IMG/VR virus record: IMGVR_UViG_3300050821_006280
Coordinates: 32,001 to 96,000 of that record
Length of the DNA: 64,000 bases
Source of the DNA: a virus
Reading direction: 5' to 3' (one strand)
In this document: piece by piece, positions 19,057-27,987 of the stretch
Layout of the letters: each line of letters starts with the position of its first letter
Position numbering within the stretch: the stretch's first letter is position 1
Program-made: the position numbers and the translations under genes
Notes under the pieces: generated by a model
What the model was told of the DNA's origin: nothing
What the model saw: the letters and a program-made list of their open reading frames with translations, nothing else
Databases searched by the model: none

Positions 19057-19632
19057 TTAAGGAAGCTGATCTTGATACGAGTCGAGAAGATCTTTTGTTG
19101 ATAATGGCTCGCCAGCCATGACCGCAAGACAAGCCTTCCATGCCCATTCAGCCTGAAAAGCTAGAGGCGCAAATTGGACATGCCAGAAATCGGCAACCTC
19201 CCTCTCCTGGTCCGTGGCGAATGCCAGGAGCGCTGCATCTTCCGTAGTCGGCCAGTGGTCGCCCATTATCTTCAGCGCCTCAAGTGCCATCAGATTGCAC
19301 TGAGCAATGAATGGCGCCTTATTTGGCTTTGCCGTGATTTTCGGATCGCCTAGCTCATAGGCTTCGATTCCGTTCAGGCAGCGTCCATCCTTCTGTTCTG
19401 AGAAGTAGACCTTCTTCCAGAATTGGATAGCTCGATCGACCTTATCCCACGGCGTCGGGACTCGTTGAGCGATGACCTTACGGGTCTCAGAGTCTTTTTG
19501 ACGTTGGATGTTTTCGAGGATCTTGGCGACATCATCAGGCGTCTGTACGTCGACCTTGTATTGCGGCTTTAACTTCTCCAGTCGCTGAGCAATCTTCTCC
19601 TGGGTGAGCGAATCTGTTTCCTGATCCTTCAT
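19057..19632 (-). CDS. Hypothetical protein
   Basis: 191-aa ORF with an ATGA overlap. Confidence 0.65.
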   Translation of the reverse strand: MKDQETDSLTQEKIAQRLEKLKPQYKVDVQTPDDVAKILENIQRQKDSETRKVIAQRVPTPWDKVDRAIQFWKKVYFSEQKDGRCLNGIEAYELGDPKITAKPNKAPFIAQCNLMALEALKIMGDHWPTTEDAALLAFATDQEREVADFWHVQFAPLAFQAEWAWKACLAVMAGEPLSTKDLLDSYQDQLP

Positions 19633-20123
19633 GACGTTCGTTTCTCCTCTTGCTCAGGCGCCTGCGATTCGCCATGAAGTGAGCACGGAGCAGCCGGCGC
19701 CACGCCGTCAAGGCCGTTTTGGATGTTCTCGAACTGCCCGCAGACGTAGTGATCGACCATATCTGCAATCCGAAGCTTCTTTAGCGTGCGCCTGATCTCA
19801 GCGGTGCCAGGAATCTGCCGACTCTCAGCAATCTGCATCGCGACCCCGACTGATCGAACAACCGGCCGACCCAGCTTGTCAGCTACCTGAGCAGCCTGAT
19901 GAACTACATGGGCGACAGCTGGGAACCGAGAATCCATCCGGCCATGGTGAGTCTTCCTGCATTCTTGCGACTTCTGGCAGATATCGAGACAGACAGACCT
20001 ATTATGGAGTGGCTTTTCGGTGAATTCACGGATGGCACGTCCATGCCCATAGCCAAAATATCCGTTGCACTGCCAGCTCGGAATCTTATCCTTGATCCGA
20101 TTCCGCTCCTTGCCGAAGCCCAT
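19629..20123 (-). CDS. Hypothetical Cys-containing protein
   Basis: ORF in operon. Confidence 0.6.
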   Translation of the reverse strand: MGFGKERNRIKDKIPSWQCNGYFGYGHGRAIREFTEKPLHNRSVCLDICQKSQECRKTHHGRMDSRFPAVAHVVHQAAQVADKLGRPVVRSVGVAMQIAESRQIPGTAEIRRTLKKLRIADMVDHYVCGQFENIQNGLDGVAPAAPCSLHGESQAPEQEEKRTS

Positions 20124-20126
20124 CGT

Positions 20127-21314
20127 CTACTCCTCGTCGTTGTCCTCTGGAGCCTCGACAAACCCGGGATCTTCGACCAGCTCTACATCGCCGTGAGCTT
20201 CTAGGATCTCGTCCGCTTTAGCTTCCAGGACATTTTCCTTCTTCTTTCGCTTCTTGCCGCGGATCGGAGTGACATTGCTCGGTTCCTCAGCAATCTCACC
20301 GGCACCATTTTTCTCTGCCATCACTCGCTCCTGGACTAACTTCCAGAGCAGATCTCCGCCGTATACCGGCTTGCCAGCCTTGAGGTCTACCGCCACCAGC
20401 TTGAGACCCAGCAGCTTCTCCATCTTGTGGATGTACTGCTTGAGATCTGTTTCTGGCTTCTTACCAAACTCATTGTTCGACAAGAAATCAGTGCAGATCA
20501 TCTCCAGATTGTGACCGATCTTGTCGGAGTGAGACATCCCTTTGGCGCGGTCGAGCGCTGCCTGAACCGTATCCCACTGGCCTTTGTAGAGACTCGTATG
20601 GAACTGGTGCATCTCCTCTGGCTTTGGCGGTGCATTGGGCTCGTCGTCATTGCCATCGCTCCCACCCGTGGCACTTCCGCCAGGGCGCGTCCCGCCCGCA
20701 AGAGCAAGGTCGGTATCACCCTCCATCTCATTGCGATCTGCTTTCGCAGCCTTGGCAACCCTGATCGCCTTCTTCAGCTCGTCATGCGTCATCTCCTGGG
20801 CCTTCTCTAGCCACGACATAACATCGTCTTCGCCGACGAACCCAGAAAGGAGGTAACACTTCGAGCGACCTAGAGCCTTGATCCGCTCTTTGACTTCCTT
20901 CGGCAAGTGCAACTTGATCTCGAACCAGTAGTAGGCATAGCGCATATTCTCTGCCGAACGCTTCAGGATGCCGATCTCCTGTTCGCAATACTCGGCAAAC
21001 GACTTGAATCCCCACTTGTCGAACAGCGCCTTCCTTGTCGCCCGCGCACCTTCGCCATTCATGAGAGCACGATAGCCACCGGGCACGCCGTCAAACACAT
21101 CGTAGAGACACTGGCCCAAATCCCAGTAGCTCTCCTCGATATCCTTGAACAGCTTCTTGGCCTTGGCCCTTAGCTCGTTCTCCGCTCGCTCTAGCTCCTC
21201 GACGGAGACTTCTCGCTTGGGAACAACGACGATCGAGCCATTCATAGCCTTCGGCTTGTTCTTGTCGTCATCGTCGCCAGTGAGAATTGCCAGACCCGTT
21301 GTGTCCGTGCTCAT
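20127..21314 (-). CDS. Hypothetical helical DNA-binding protein (DUF3102-like N-terminal region)
   Basis: YWDLGQCLYDV...FKSFAEYCEQEIGILKRSA; AGGAG RBS. Confidence 0.6.
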   Translation of the reverse strand: MSTDTTGLAILTGDDDDKNKPKAMNGSIVVVPKREVSVEELERAENELRAKAKKLFKDIEESYWDLGQCLYDVFDGVPGGYRALMNGEGARATRKALFDKWGFKSFAEYCEQEIGILKRSAENMRYAYYWFEIKLHLPKEVKERIKALGRSKCYLLSGFVGEDDVMSWLEKAQEMTHDELKKAIRVAKAAKADRNEMEGDTDLALAGGTRPGGSATGGSDGNDDEPNAPPKPEEMHQFHTSLYKGQWDTVQAALDRAKGMSHSDKIGHNLEMICTDFLSNNEFGKKPETDLKQYIHKMEKLLGLKLVAVDLKAGKPVYGGDLLWKLVQERVMAEKNGAGEIAEEPSNVTPIRGKKRKKKENVLEAKADEILEAHGDVELVEDPGFVEAPEDNDEE

Positions 21315-21338
21315 CGAATTGATCTCCTATTAGGAAGA

Positions 21339-21367
21339 AGCGTTGCTGGCTACCAGGCGATTGTCTA
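21339..21367 (-). promoter_or_regulatory. Promoter TAGACA(ATC)-N17-AACGCT; the -35 box overlaps the upstream TAG stop
   Basis: Recurrent TAGACAATC motif. Confidence 0.5.
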
Positions 21368-21562
21368 CTTCTCTTCAGGCTTTTTTTCGATCGGAAGCAG
21401 ACTGTCGCGTCGACCATGAACGATGAAGTCCGCCTGTTCGATGCTATGGCCCTGCGCCTTCAAAAGCTCGATAAACTTCTTAGTCGCGAGATCCGCATCG
21501 ATATCCTCACGACTGTTGTGATGGCAGCCCTGTCCATTGATCAAAATTGTCCAGTTTCCCAT
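21365..21562 (-). CDS. Hypothetical protein (MGNWTILINGQG...)
   Basis: AAGGAG RBS before the ATG at 21562. Confidence 0.6.
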   Translation of the reverse strand: MGNWTILINGQGCHHNSREDIDADLATKKFIELLKAQGHSIEQADFIVHGRRDSLLPIEKKPEEK

Positions 21563-21569
21563 GTTCGGA

Positions 21570-21728
21570 TTACTCCTTGGCTGGAAGGACGAAGTCCTCA
21601 GGTTCGGAAAGCGGATTGCACTTGGTGCTGCCGCAGCCCGCACAGCGCTTCGGCGCATTCATGTCCTCGGTCAGCATCTCCTGCTCTGATCCGCACTTTG
21701 TGCATTTACGTGTCCGCTGGTCCATCAT
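21570..21728 (-). CDS. 52-aa zinc-ribbon protein, not in the ORF track
   Basis: AGGAGG RBS; CTKC...CAGCGS. Confidence 0.6.
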   Translation of the reverse strand: MMDQRTRKCTKCGSEQEMLTEDMNAPKRCAGCGSTKCNPLSEPEDFVLPAKE

Positions 21729-22041
21729 TTGCCTCCTTTGAATCTGAGGATAGGGTCGGAAAAAAGAGAATATCTCTTGCCCGAACCTCGGTCAGCTCGC
21801 CATGTTTCCCCTGCCTGTTCATCAACTCGCCGATGATCGATACGTAGAGACCCTTGGAGACATTTTGCTGACACTTCTGCGCAAGCGCTCCATAGACATT
21901 GATGCGGACCCACGTTGTACCTCGCCCCAGCTCCTCAGCAGCAAGAGAGAACGAACACGCAGGGTTATTGTCTCGCGTCTGACCAGCAACGATCGGCCCA
22001 CCAACATTCCCGCTTACGAGGACGATATTGTGTCCTCTCAC
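21706..22041 (-). CDS. ssb: Single-stranded DNA-binding protein (bacterial SSB OB-fold, no acidic tail)
   Basis: NIVLVSGNVG, TTWVRINVYG, KGLYVSIIGEL. Confidence 0.8.
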   Translation of the reverse strand: MRGHNIVLVSGNVGGPIVAGQTRDNNPACSFSLAAEELGRGTTWVRINVYGALAQKCQQNVSKGLYVSIIGELMNRQGKHGELTEVRARDILFFPTLSSDSKEANDGPADT

Positions 22042-22613
22042 GATCCACCTGCTAGCTGATCCCAGCCGAAACGAGCACAGACATACGCATCCATTTCATC
22101 CTGGCTTTGAAAGGTAAGGCCTTGATCCTTTAACCTCATCCCGATCACATCTTTCACGGTAGCCGGTCGCATCTTTCCATTCTTCCCGGCAATCTTCCCG
22201 TAATCCCTCTTCTTCTTCGCTTTGCCCTTCGCGTCCAACACCTGATCGACCTTGAACGAGATCGAACCTACCACATGACTTCGCAGTTTTGTGGCCTGCT
22301 CAACCGACGGGACGATGCCACATGCCAGATATAGCTGCATCCTTACGCAGTAATGGAGGCCTCCTATCCTTGCCATTTGCCATACTTGGTTCATGGCTGG
22401 CGCCTCGATTACAACTAGATTTGGTGGATGATCTTTTACAACGCGAATGATCCTTGAGCAGATCGAGACAAGCCGATCTAGCTCCGCCTTCTCTCCCTTG
22501 ACCTGCACTTGTTCAACGAGGAAGGTGTTGACCACCGGCGAAGCATTACTATCACCTTGAAGAATACAGATCCCGGTCGAAAGCAGACTGAGATCAATAC
22601 CAATGACAATCAT
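22038..22613 (-). CDS. RuvC-like Holliday junction resolvase
   Basis: VIGIDLSLLSTG, VVIEAP, DEMDAY. Confidence 0.8.
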   Translation of the reverse strand: MIVIGIDLSLLSTGICILQGDSNASPVVNTFLVEQVQVKGEKAELDRLVSICSRIIRVVKDHPPNLVVIEAPAMNQVWQMARIGGLHYCVRMQLYLACGIVPSVEQATKLRSHVVGSISFKVDQVLDAKGKAKKKRDYGKIAGKNGKMRPATVKDVIGMRLKDQGLTFQSQDEMDAYVCARFGWDQLAGGS

Positions 22614-22614
22614 T

Positions 22615-22959
22615 TCAGCGATTACGTAGCTTCTCGAAAACTATCTTGGCAGCGGAAGTCTGTCTGATTGCCACCAGAATACGATCAGCTTCCTCCTCTA
22701 AAACGAGTCCGTCCTCATCAGAGATTTTTCGGCCAAGCTCCTGCTCAACCGCAGCCACAAGCTTCATGATCGAGAATTTGTTCTGCCGTCCCCATTCAGT
22801 CTTCCTGAGGATGCAAAATGAGCACTCGGTCTGGATATACGGACCATCCTGACCCACTCGCCACCGCGCTCTCTTTTGAAGACAGCGCATGCAGATCTCC
22901 GGCTCTTTGCCTTCTAGCGGAGTTAAATGCCTAGGATCAATAAACAAAACCATGGTCAC
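22615..22959 (-). CDS. Hypothetical Zn-finger protein
   Basis: CMRC...CSFC. Confidence 0.55.
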   Translation of the reverse strand: MTMVLFIDPRHLTPLEGKEPEICMRCLQKRARWRVGQDGPYIQTECSFCILRKTEWGRQNKFSIMKLVAAVEQELGRKISDEDGLVLEEEADRILVAIRQTSAAKIVFEKLRNR

Positions 22960-23831
22960 GTCTTGATCTCAAAGCAATAATCCCGCGCCTTGCAGCCGAT
23001 CGCACGCGGGCAGCTGTAATCAGCGCAGACCATCCGCTCGGGAGCTATCCCGCCGACAATACCCCCTCTGATCTGCTTAATCGCCTGGTGAACACGCTCG
23101 ATCACCTCTGGATCGAAATTCATATCGTGCTCAACGATGAAGGTCCCCTTCGCGCCGTTTTTGTTGAAGTAGACGATCTTCGCCTTCTTCAGACCCGTCA
23201 GCCACAGATAACACTGAGCTTGGATCACATGTACGAAGTCTGGAGAATCTTTGTACTTATAGAAATTCCTGTCATTGGCGCTCTTGAACTCCAAGAGCCA
23301 CACGTCCTCGCCGACCGCAAGGTATCCATCTGGGTGACCGCCGATCTTCCACTCGTCATTGCCAACAAATTCTTCGACATACAAGAAGGCGTTCGGATGT
23401 GATCCTTGCTCAGGACGGCCATTGACCCGAGGCGCATCTCCAGCAACGGCACCACAGCGGATGCATCGCGTTGGCATCGCCACTAGGCCACGTTCTCTTC
23501 CCCCGTAGATCTCGCCGCACCATGTGCACCGCCAAGCCCCCACGAGCAGCCCGGTTGGTCCTACGGCGCGATTCTGCATCATCCAATGGACTGCATGGCC
23601 GAGAGCGAAGTTGATCCCCTGATCGCCAGTGATGTCTTCCTCGCGCATGATGTCGTGCTTAGCCACGAGCACTTCTTCGCGAGGACACATAGAACCGATT
23701 CCCGAGACGCGTATCCAGTCATCTTCCCGAAGCGGATGTTTGACCCGGTGCTCAGCCAACGCCCCATGGATCAGAGCTACAAGGCTGACATCCGTTTCGT
23801 TCTTCCGACGAATAACCGTGACAAGCGCCAT
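22956..23831 (-). CDS. Cas4-like PD-(D/E)XK exonuclease
   Basis: GGHPDG, LLEFKS, QAQCY and a C-terminal Cys cluster. Confidence 0.8.
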   Translation of the reverse strand: MALVTVIRRKNETDVSLVALIHGALAEHRVKHPLREDDWIRVSGIGSMCPREEVLVAKHDIMREEDITGDQGINFALGHAVHWMMQNRAVGPTGLLVGAWRCTWCGEIYGGRERGLVAMPTRCIRCGAVAGDAPRVNGRPEQGSHPNAFLYVEEFVGNDEWKIGGHPDGYLAVGEDVWLLEFKSANDRNFYKYKDSPDFVHVIQAQCYLWLTGLKKAKIVYFNKNGAKGTFIVEHDMNFDPEVIERVHQAIKQIRGGIVGGIAPERMVCADYSCPRAIGCKARDYCFEIKT

Positions 23832-24130
23832 AGGAACCCTCTCTTTTTCCTCGTGATCGAAGCAAGTGTCTGGACACTTCGGATCGTGTCATCGCAGAGG
23901 ATCGTCGCCTCCTCTGCGGTCAGCTGGTATCCACAGCTCAGGCACTCAAAGAATCGCTCGCTCTCTCGCCACTCCAGCCGATCAGCACATGTCACGCACT
24001 GGTACCATGGCGCAAGGCCAGGATTACCCTCCTCGGGTGGCAAATAGGTCACACGGATCTCGACAGCCGCGTGCGGCTTGACCATGAATCTCTCTCGGTA
24101 CTTCACGAGATCAGCCACTGACGGCTCCAT
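23777..24130 (-). CDS. Zn-ribbon hypothetical protein
   Basis: CVTC...CLSCG. Confidence 0.55.
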   Translation of the reverse strand: MEPSVADLVKYRERFMVKPHAAVEIRVTYLPPEEGNPGLAPWYQCVTCADRLEWRESERFFECLSCGYQLTAEEATILCDDTIRSVQTLASITRKKRGFLWRLSRLFVGRTKRMSAL

Positions 24131-24968
24131 TGAACAACCCGAGCTGTCGACGATCCTGCATTGGTGGGATCGCGGTGATAATCACCTCGTCAACATCTTT
24201 TCGACTCTCTGCGGTTTTCCCGATCTTATGTCTGACCTTGATGATATCGATCTGAGACCAGCTGCTATACAGGCCACGGATACTCTCGCAGTCGATGTTG
24301 GATGAGAACACGCTCACGCCTCTCTTCACGGCGGACTGAAGACGACGTGCTAGCTGACGCTGATCTTTCTCCGTAAAGCTACGACCAGCGTATCTGTCAT
24401 ACGTCCCCCAGTATGGAGGATCAGCAAAAACCACATCGCCCTTGTGCGTTGCACGGAGTACTAAGCTGTACCCGTTGGAATACAGCGAAGCGCGCCCGAG
24501 CAAATCAGAAGCCCGACGTAGCTCCTCGCGAGGAGGAAACGTCGGCATCTTCTCCATCTTGCCCCAGGCGGCGTTGAACCACAGCTCCTCGTTCAACCGG
24601 AACAAGCCGTTGAAACAAGTGCGATTAAGATACAGCAGTCGAGCCGCAAACTTCACTCCGTAGTCGTGACCGTTCCACTCCTTCTTGAGAGCGTCATAGG
24701 TCTCTTTACAGAAAGGCAACTCCTGTAAGCGATCTAGCTCGTCACTTACCGCGTCTGGCTCACGACGAAGCGCCTCATAAAACGCCATAAGAGGCTTGCA
24801 GATATCAACCAAGACTGCCTTCTTAGGTTCCAGGTGAAAGAAGACAGCTGCCCCGCCAGCAAAGCACTCGACATATCGTCCCCTGTCGTCCATATAGGGA
24901 CGAATACGTTGTGCAATATTCTCAGCAATTCGGCGCTTACCGCCAGGCCATTTCAACAGCGGATTCAT
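24111..24968 (-). CDS. dam: DNA adenine methyltransferase, Dam (D12) family
   Basis: LKWPGGK, YVECFAGG, LYLNRTCFNGLFR and DPPY. Confidence 0.92.
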   Translation of the reverse strand: MNPLLKWPGGKRRIAENIAQRIRPYMDDRGRYVECFAGGAAVFFHLEPKKAVLVDICKPLMAFYEALRREPDAVSDELDRLQELPFCKETYDALKKEWNGHDYGVKFAARLLYLNRTCFNGLFRLNEELWFNAAWGKMEKMPTFPPREELRRASDLLGRASLYSNGYSLVLRATHKGDVVFADPPYWGTYDRYAGRSFTEKDQRQLARRLQSAVKRGVSVFSSNIDCESIRGLYSSWSQIDIIKVRHKIGKTAESRKDVDEVIITAIPPMQDRRQLGLFNGAVSG

Positions 24969-25246
24969 CGTTTGATCCCCATCATCGTGAACTGAGTCGG
25001 TGCAGACTCGGCTCCATCTGGATAAACGAAACACATGCCTGACCACACACTGGCGCGAATGTGATCCCCGGCGAGATTTGTCAGTTGCTCGATGAAATAC
25101 TGGATATCGTCGGCCGTTCCGATCATCTCAACGGGTACTCCGAATCCTTCTCCGGCCTGAAGCGCGATCAGAGCTTCCTGTTGAAGACGCTTGAGAATAC
25201 GAAGCTTCTTCCCTGCTGCCCACCATCGCTTCAGACCGGAGAACAT
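24965..25246 (-). CDS. Hypothetical protein
   Basis: Coupled ORF. Confidence 0.5.
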   Translation of the reverse strand: MFSGLKRWWAAGKKLRILKRLQQEALIALQAGEGFGVPVEMIGTADDIQYFIEQLTNLAGDHIRASVWSGMCFVYPDGAESAPTQFTMMGIKR

Positions 25247-25485
25247 TAGCCAGCCTTGATCCTTCCTGTAGGGCCAATGGGAATCACGAACAGCGTCTGC
25301 CACATCTCGCTGGAATTGAAATGCACCGCGATCTGGCTCACCGTGTACGCGATCACTTCCCCGTTCTCGCTCGTCTCATCGAGAACGCGCGTCCCAGGAT
25401 TGTCAACGAGCGGCAGATCTCCGCTCCATATTACCTTGCCCTCTTCTCCATAGCTCCCGCCAGCAACTCTGATCTTTGTCTTCAT
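25246..25485 (-). CDS. Hypothetical protein
   Basis: Coupled ORF. Confidence 0.5.
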   Translation of the reverse strand: MKTKIRVAGGSYGEEGKVIWSGDLPLVDNPGTRVLDETSENGEVIAYTVSQIAVHFNSSEMWQTLFVIPIGPTGRIKAG

Positions 25486-25853
25486 TCGCCTTGTTCCTTG
25501 TACCAGTCGATCAGCTCTTTGAGAAATGGAGCTGGAACAGCAACCCAGTCCTTCTCAATCAGCGGCGGCATGGCATTAAATTCTAGAGACAATGCCGGAA
25601 CACGACCAGAACCCATAGCCTCACGGCTGATCTTGATCAGCCACTTCTTGTCTACTCGAATAGTCTCTTGTTCCGTTCTCTTGCACTCAGTCAGCAGCTC
25701 AGTCGTCTTCACATCGCCCTTATGGAAGACAAGCGCACCCGAGCCTTTTTGGACCTTGCCTCCCAGTTTCTTCGCGACCCGCTTTTCCTGAAACTTTGAT
25801 TTCTTTCGTTTCTGGTAGTTCGGATCATCCTTCATGTATGTCGGCAAGCCCAT
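25482..25853 (-). CDS. PD-(D/E)XK resolvase-like nuclease
   Basis: QEKRVAK...GSGA...KGDV...LTECK. Confidence 0.7.
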   Translation of the reverse strand: MGLPTYMKDDPNYQKRKKSKFQEKRVAKKLGGKVQKGSGALVFHKGDVKTTELLTECKRTEQETIRVDKKWLIKISREAMGSGRVPALSLEFNAMPPLIEKDWVAVPAPFLKELIDWYKEQGE

Positions 25854-25854
25854 G

Positions 25855-27006
25855 TTAAACTGCCAACAGCACGGGCATCAGCTCATTGCGAAACTCTTCG
25901 TAGGCTCCACGATTCTGCATGAAGTGCTTCGCGAGCGCAGATCCACCTCGATAGGGCTCTCCCTTCCACGACCTCATGGAACCATTGACATCGACGAGAC
26001 CAGCCTTCTCGCCCATATCAATTGCCCACTCTTCGTCAAGGACATCACCAACGTTCTTTACCTCTGTCTTCGACAGGACGAGCTTGTATTCGCCTTCCAT
26101 CTTGGCTGGCGCTGTCTTGTTCTTTTCGATCTTGAAGCGCATCTCAGCAGAAAGCGGCTTCCCTGTGATCTCATCCATCACGTACTTGCCAGATGAGCAG
26201 CGCACCTCAACAGACGTGGCGAAGCCTTGGGCCATTCCGCCAGGCACCGTCTCCGGGTTCCCAAACATAACGCCCACCTTCATGCGTAGCTGATTCGTCA
26301 GCCAGATCGTTGGGCGACGCCCTTCCTGTTGGGCAATCAGGTTTACACCACTGACAAACTTGCGGAACATGACGCCATTCAATCGAGCCTGTGTTCCGAC
26401 GGTCTGCTCGGTCGACGACTTCTCCGTCTCGACGAACGGTGTCATAAAAGCAATGGAATCAATCACGATGATATCGACCTCGCCAGTACGCAGCATTGAA
26501 TCAGCTGTGTCGATCGTCTGCTCAGCCGTCGATGGCTGTGTGAGGATCACATCTTCGGCCTTGAGAAATTTTGCCGCCCATTGGTGATCCCACACTCCTT
26601 CGACATCGAGCCAGCCGATGACAACCTTTCGATTATCGCCGCACTTGCACTTCGGCTTGCCACCTTCGACATCGGCTTTGGGGAACGTCCAGCACAGCGA
26701 ACACAGCCGCTGGGCGATCCCTCCTGCGCGAAGATACTTCGTGCTCTTGGATGAGGATTTCGGACCAAAAAGAAGGCTGACGCGGCCAACAGGTAGGCCA
26801 CCGCCGAGCGCATAGTCGACCTGAAAGATGCCGGTCGGGATCCGCGCCAGCTCCTTCACGTCGAAATCATTGGCCTGGTAGATGGCGCGCTCACCGAACT
26901 TCTTGGTAGTTGCTTTGATCAGCTCCGAGAGCTTCGCCTCTCGTGCCTTGATCGGGTCAAGCGCCTCTGTTCCCTGGTCTACTTCTGCCGCCTTCTTCTT
27001 CGCCAT
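25855..27006 (-). CDS. recA: RecA/UvsX-like recombinase with a Cys-rich insertion
   Basis: IPTGIFQVDYALGGGLPVGR, IIVIDSIA, TNQLRMKVGVMFGNPETVPGG, KIEKNK. Confidence 0.92.
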   Translation of the reverse strand: MAKKKAAEVDQGTEALDPIKAREAKLSELIKATTKKFGERAIYQANDFDVKELARIPTGIFQVDYALGGGLPVGRVSLLFGPKSSSKSTKYLRAGGIAQRLCSLCWTFPKADVEGGKPKCKCGDNRKVVIGWLDVEGVWDHQWAAKFLKAEDVILTQPSTAEQTIDTADSMLRTGEVDIIVIDSIAFMTPFVETEKSSTEQTVGTQARLNGVMFRKFVSGVNLIAQQEGRRPTIWLTNQLRMKVGVMFGNPETVPGGMAQGFATSVEVRCSSGKYVMDEITGKPLSAEMRFKIEKNKTAPAKMEGEYKLVLSKTEVKNVGDVLDEEWAIDMGEKAGLVDVNGSMRSWKGEPYRGGSALAKHFMQNRGAYEEFRNELMPVLLAV

Positions 27007-27015
27007 ACTATCCCC

Positions 27016-27387
27016 TTACAGAGGGTTGACTTTCTTGGACTTGTCCTGAAATGTCCTGATGAGCGACTTCTCGTGCTCGATCTTTTTCTCAACCCAGGAC
27101 TGCACAAATTTCGCAGTCTCTTCCACCTCTTCTTTGTAACAAGGCATCGTGAGCTGAATGTTGATCTTCGCTGACTCCCAATTACCCAGGTTGATGGTCA
27201 GCCCAACAGCAACACTGACCTTCGCCGGCTCAGTGACGAACCTATGGACCGCCAGCATTTCCTCTTCGGCTGTGGATTCTGGATCGGCAGCTTTGTCTCC
27301 ATTTCGAGAGACAGTCCTATTGACAATAGCCGTCGAAGCACGAGCGATTAGCTCATCCATTGGCGACTTTTCCATCGTTCTCTCCAA
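27016..27387 (-). CDS. Hypothetical protein
   Basis: TINLGNWESAKINI pattern, common in phage ORFs. Confidence 0.6.
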   Translation of the reverse strand: MERTMEKSPMDELIARASTAIVNRTVSRNGDKAADPESTAEEEMLAVHRFVTEPAKVSVAVGLTINLGNWESAKINIQLTMPCYKEEVEETAKFVQSWVEKKIEHEKSLIRTFQDKSKKVNPL

Positions 27388-27940
27388 TCTCTAAAGTTGC
27401 GTCGATATCAACGCCTATACCCTTCCATCCATTTACGATCTCTTCGTGGAAGGTACGGTCGGAGATCGAAATGGTGCCACTCCTTGCTTCCATCGCAGAT
27501 CGGACCACTGCGATCATTTCAGACGTATAGAGGCGCTCCTGCTTGTTCCTTCCAACCAGCGTAAACGGTGTCCTTGGCAGAACCCCTGATCTTTCCCATT
27601 GATGTACAGTTGGAACGCTTCTGCTGATTGCACGAGCAAAATAGCCCACGTGCACGAGTTGCTTTAGCGTTAGTACACCGTTGATCGGCACATTGATAGC
27701 GACTGGCTTCCGATGGCGTGGGATACGCACCCTCGGCTTAGGGATCTTCTTGGCCTCAGCCGACTTCTTCTCGCGATAAGCACGATTTTGTTCGAGAACT
27801 TTCTGTTTGTATTCAGGATCGTTCTCATACCGCTGACGACGCTTCTCGGCCAACTCGGCGGCATGCTTTGCATACCAATCCTTGTAACTCCAAGTCGTCT
27901 GATCGTCCTTACCGTTTTTCATCACATACTCCGCGATCAA
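27353..27940 (-). CDS. MerR-like HTH DNA-binding protein
   Basis: VGYFARAISRSVPTVHQWERSGVLP...RLYT. Confidence 0.65.
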   Translation of the reverse strand: MIAEYVMKNGKDDQTTWSYKDWYAKHAAELAEKRRQRYENDPEYKQKVLEQNRAYREKKSAEAKKIPKPRVRIPRHRKPVAINVPINGVLTLKQLVHVGYFARAISRSVPTVHQWERSGVLPRTPFTLVGRNKQERLYTSEMIAVVRSAMEARSGTISISDRTFHEEIVNGWKGIGVDIDATLEIGENDGKVANG

Positions 27941-27987
27941 CCTTTGCGGGGCGCTCTCCTGTTGTCAAGAAAGACTCCGTATCCACT

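Noticed and set aside
22956-23831. Cas4-like gene as evidence of a CRISPR-Cas system
   Set aside because: No repeat-spacer array or other cas genes are visible; it sits among recombination genes like a solo phage exonuclease.
24111-24968. Dam/GATC-based epigenetic control of phage promoters
   Set aside because: GATC occurs in several promoter spacers but looks frequent everywhere; enrichment and enzyme specificity cannot be established by eye.
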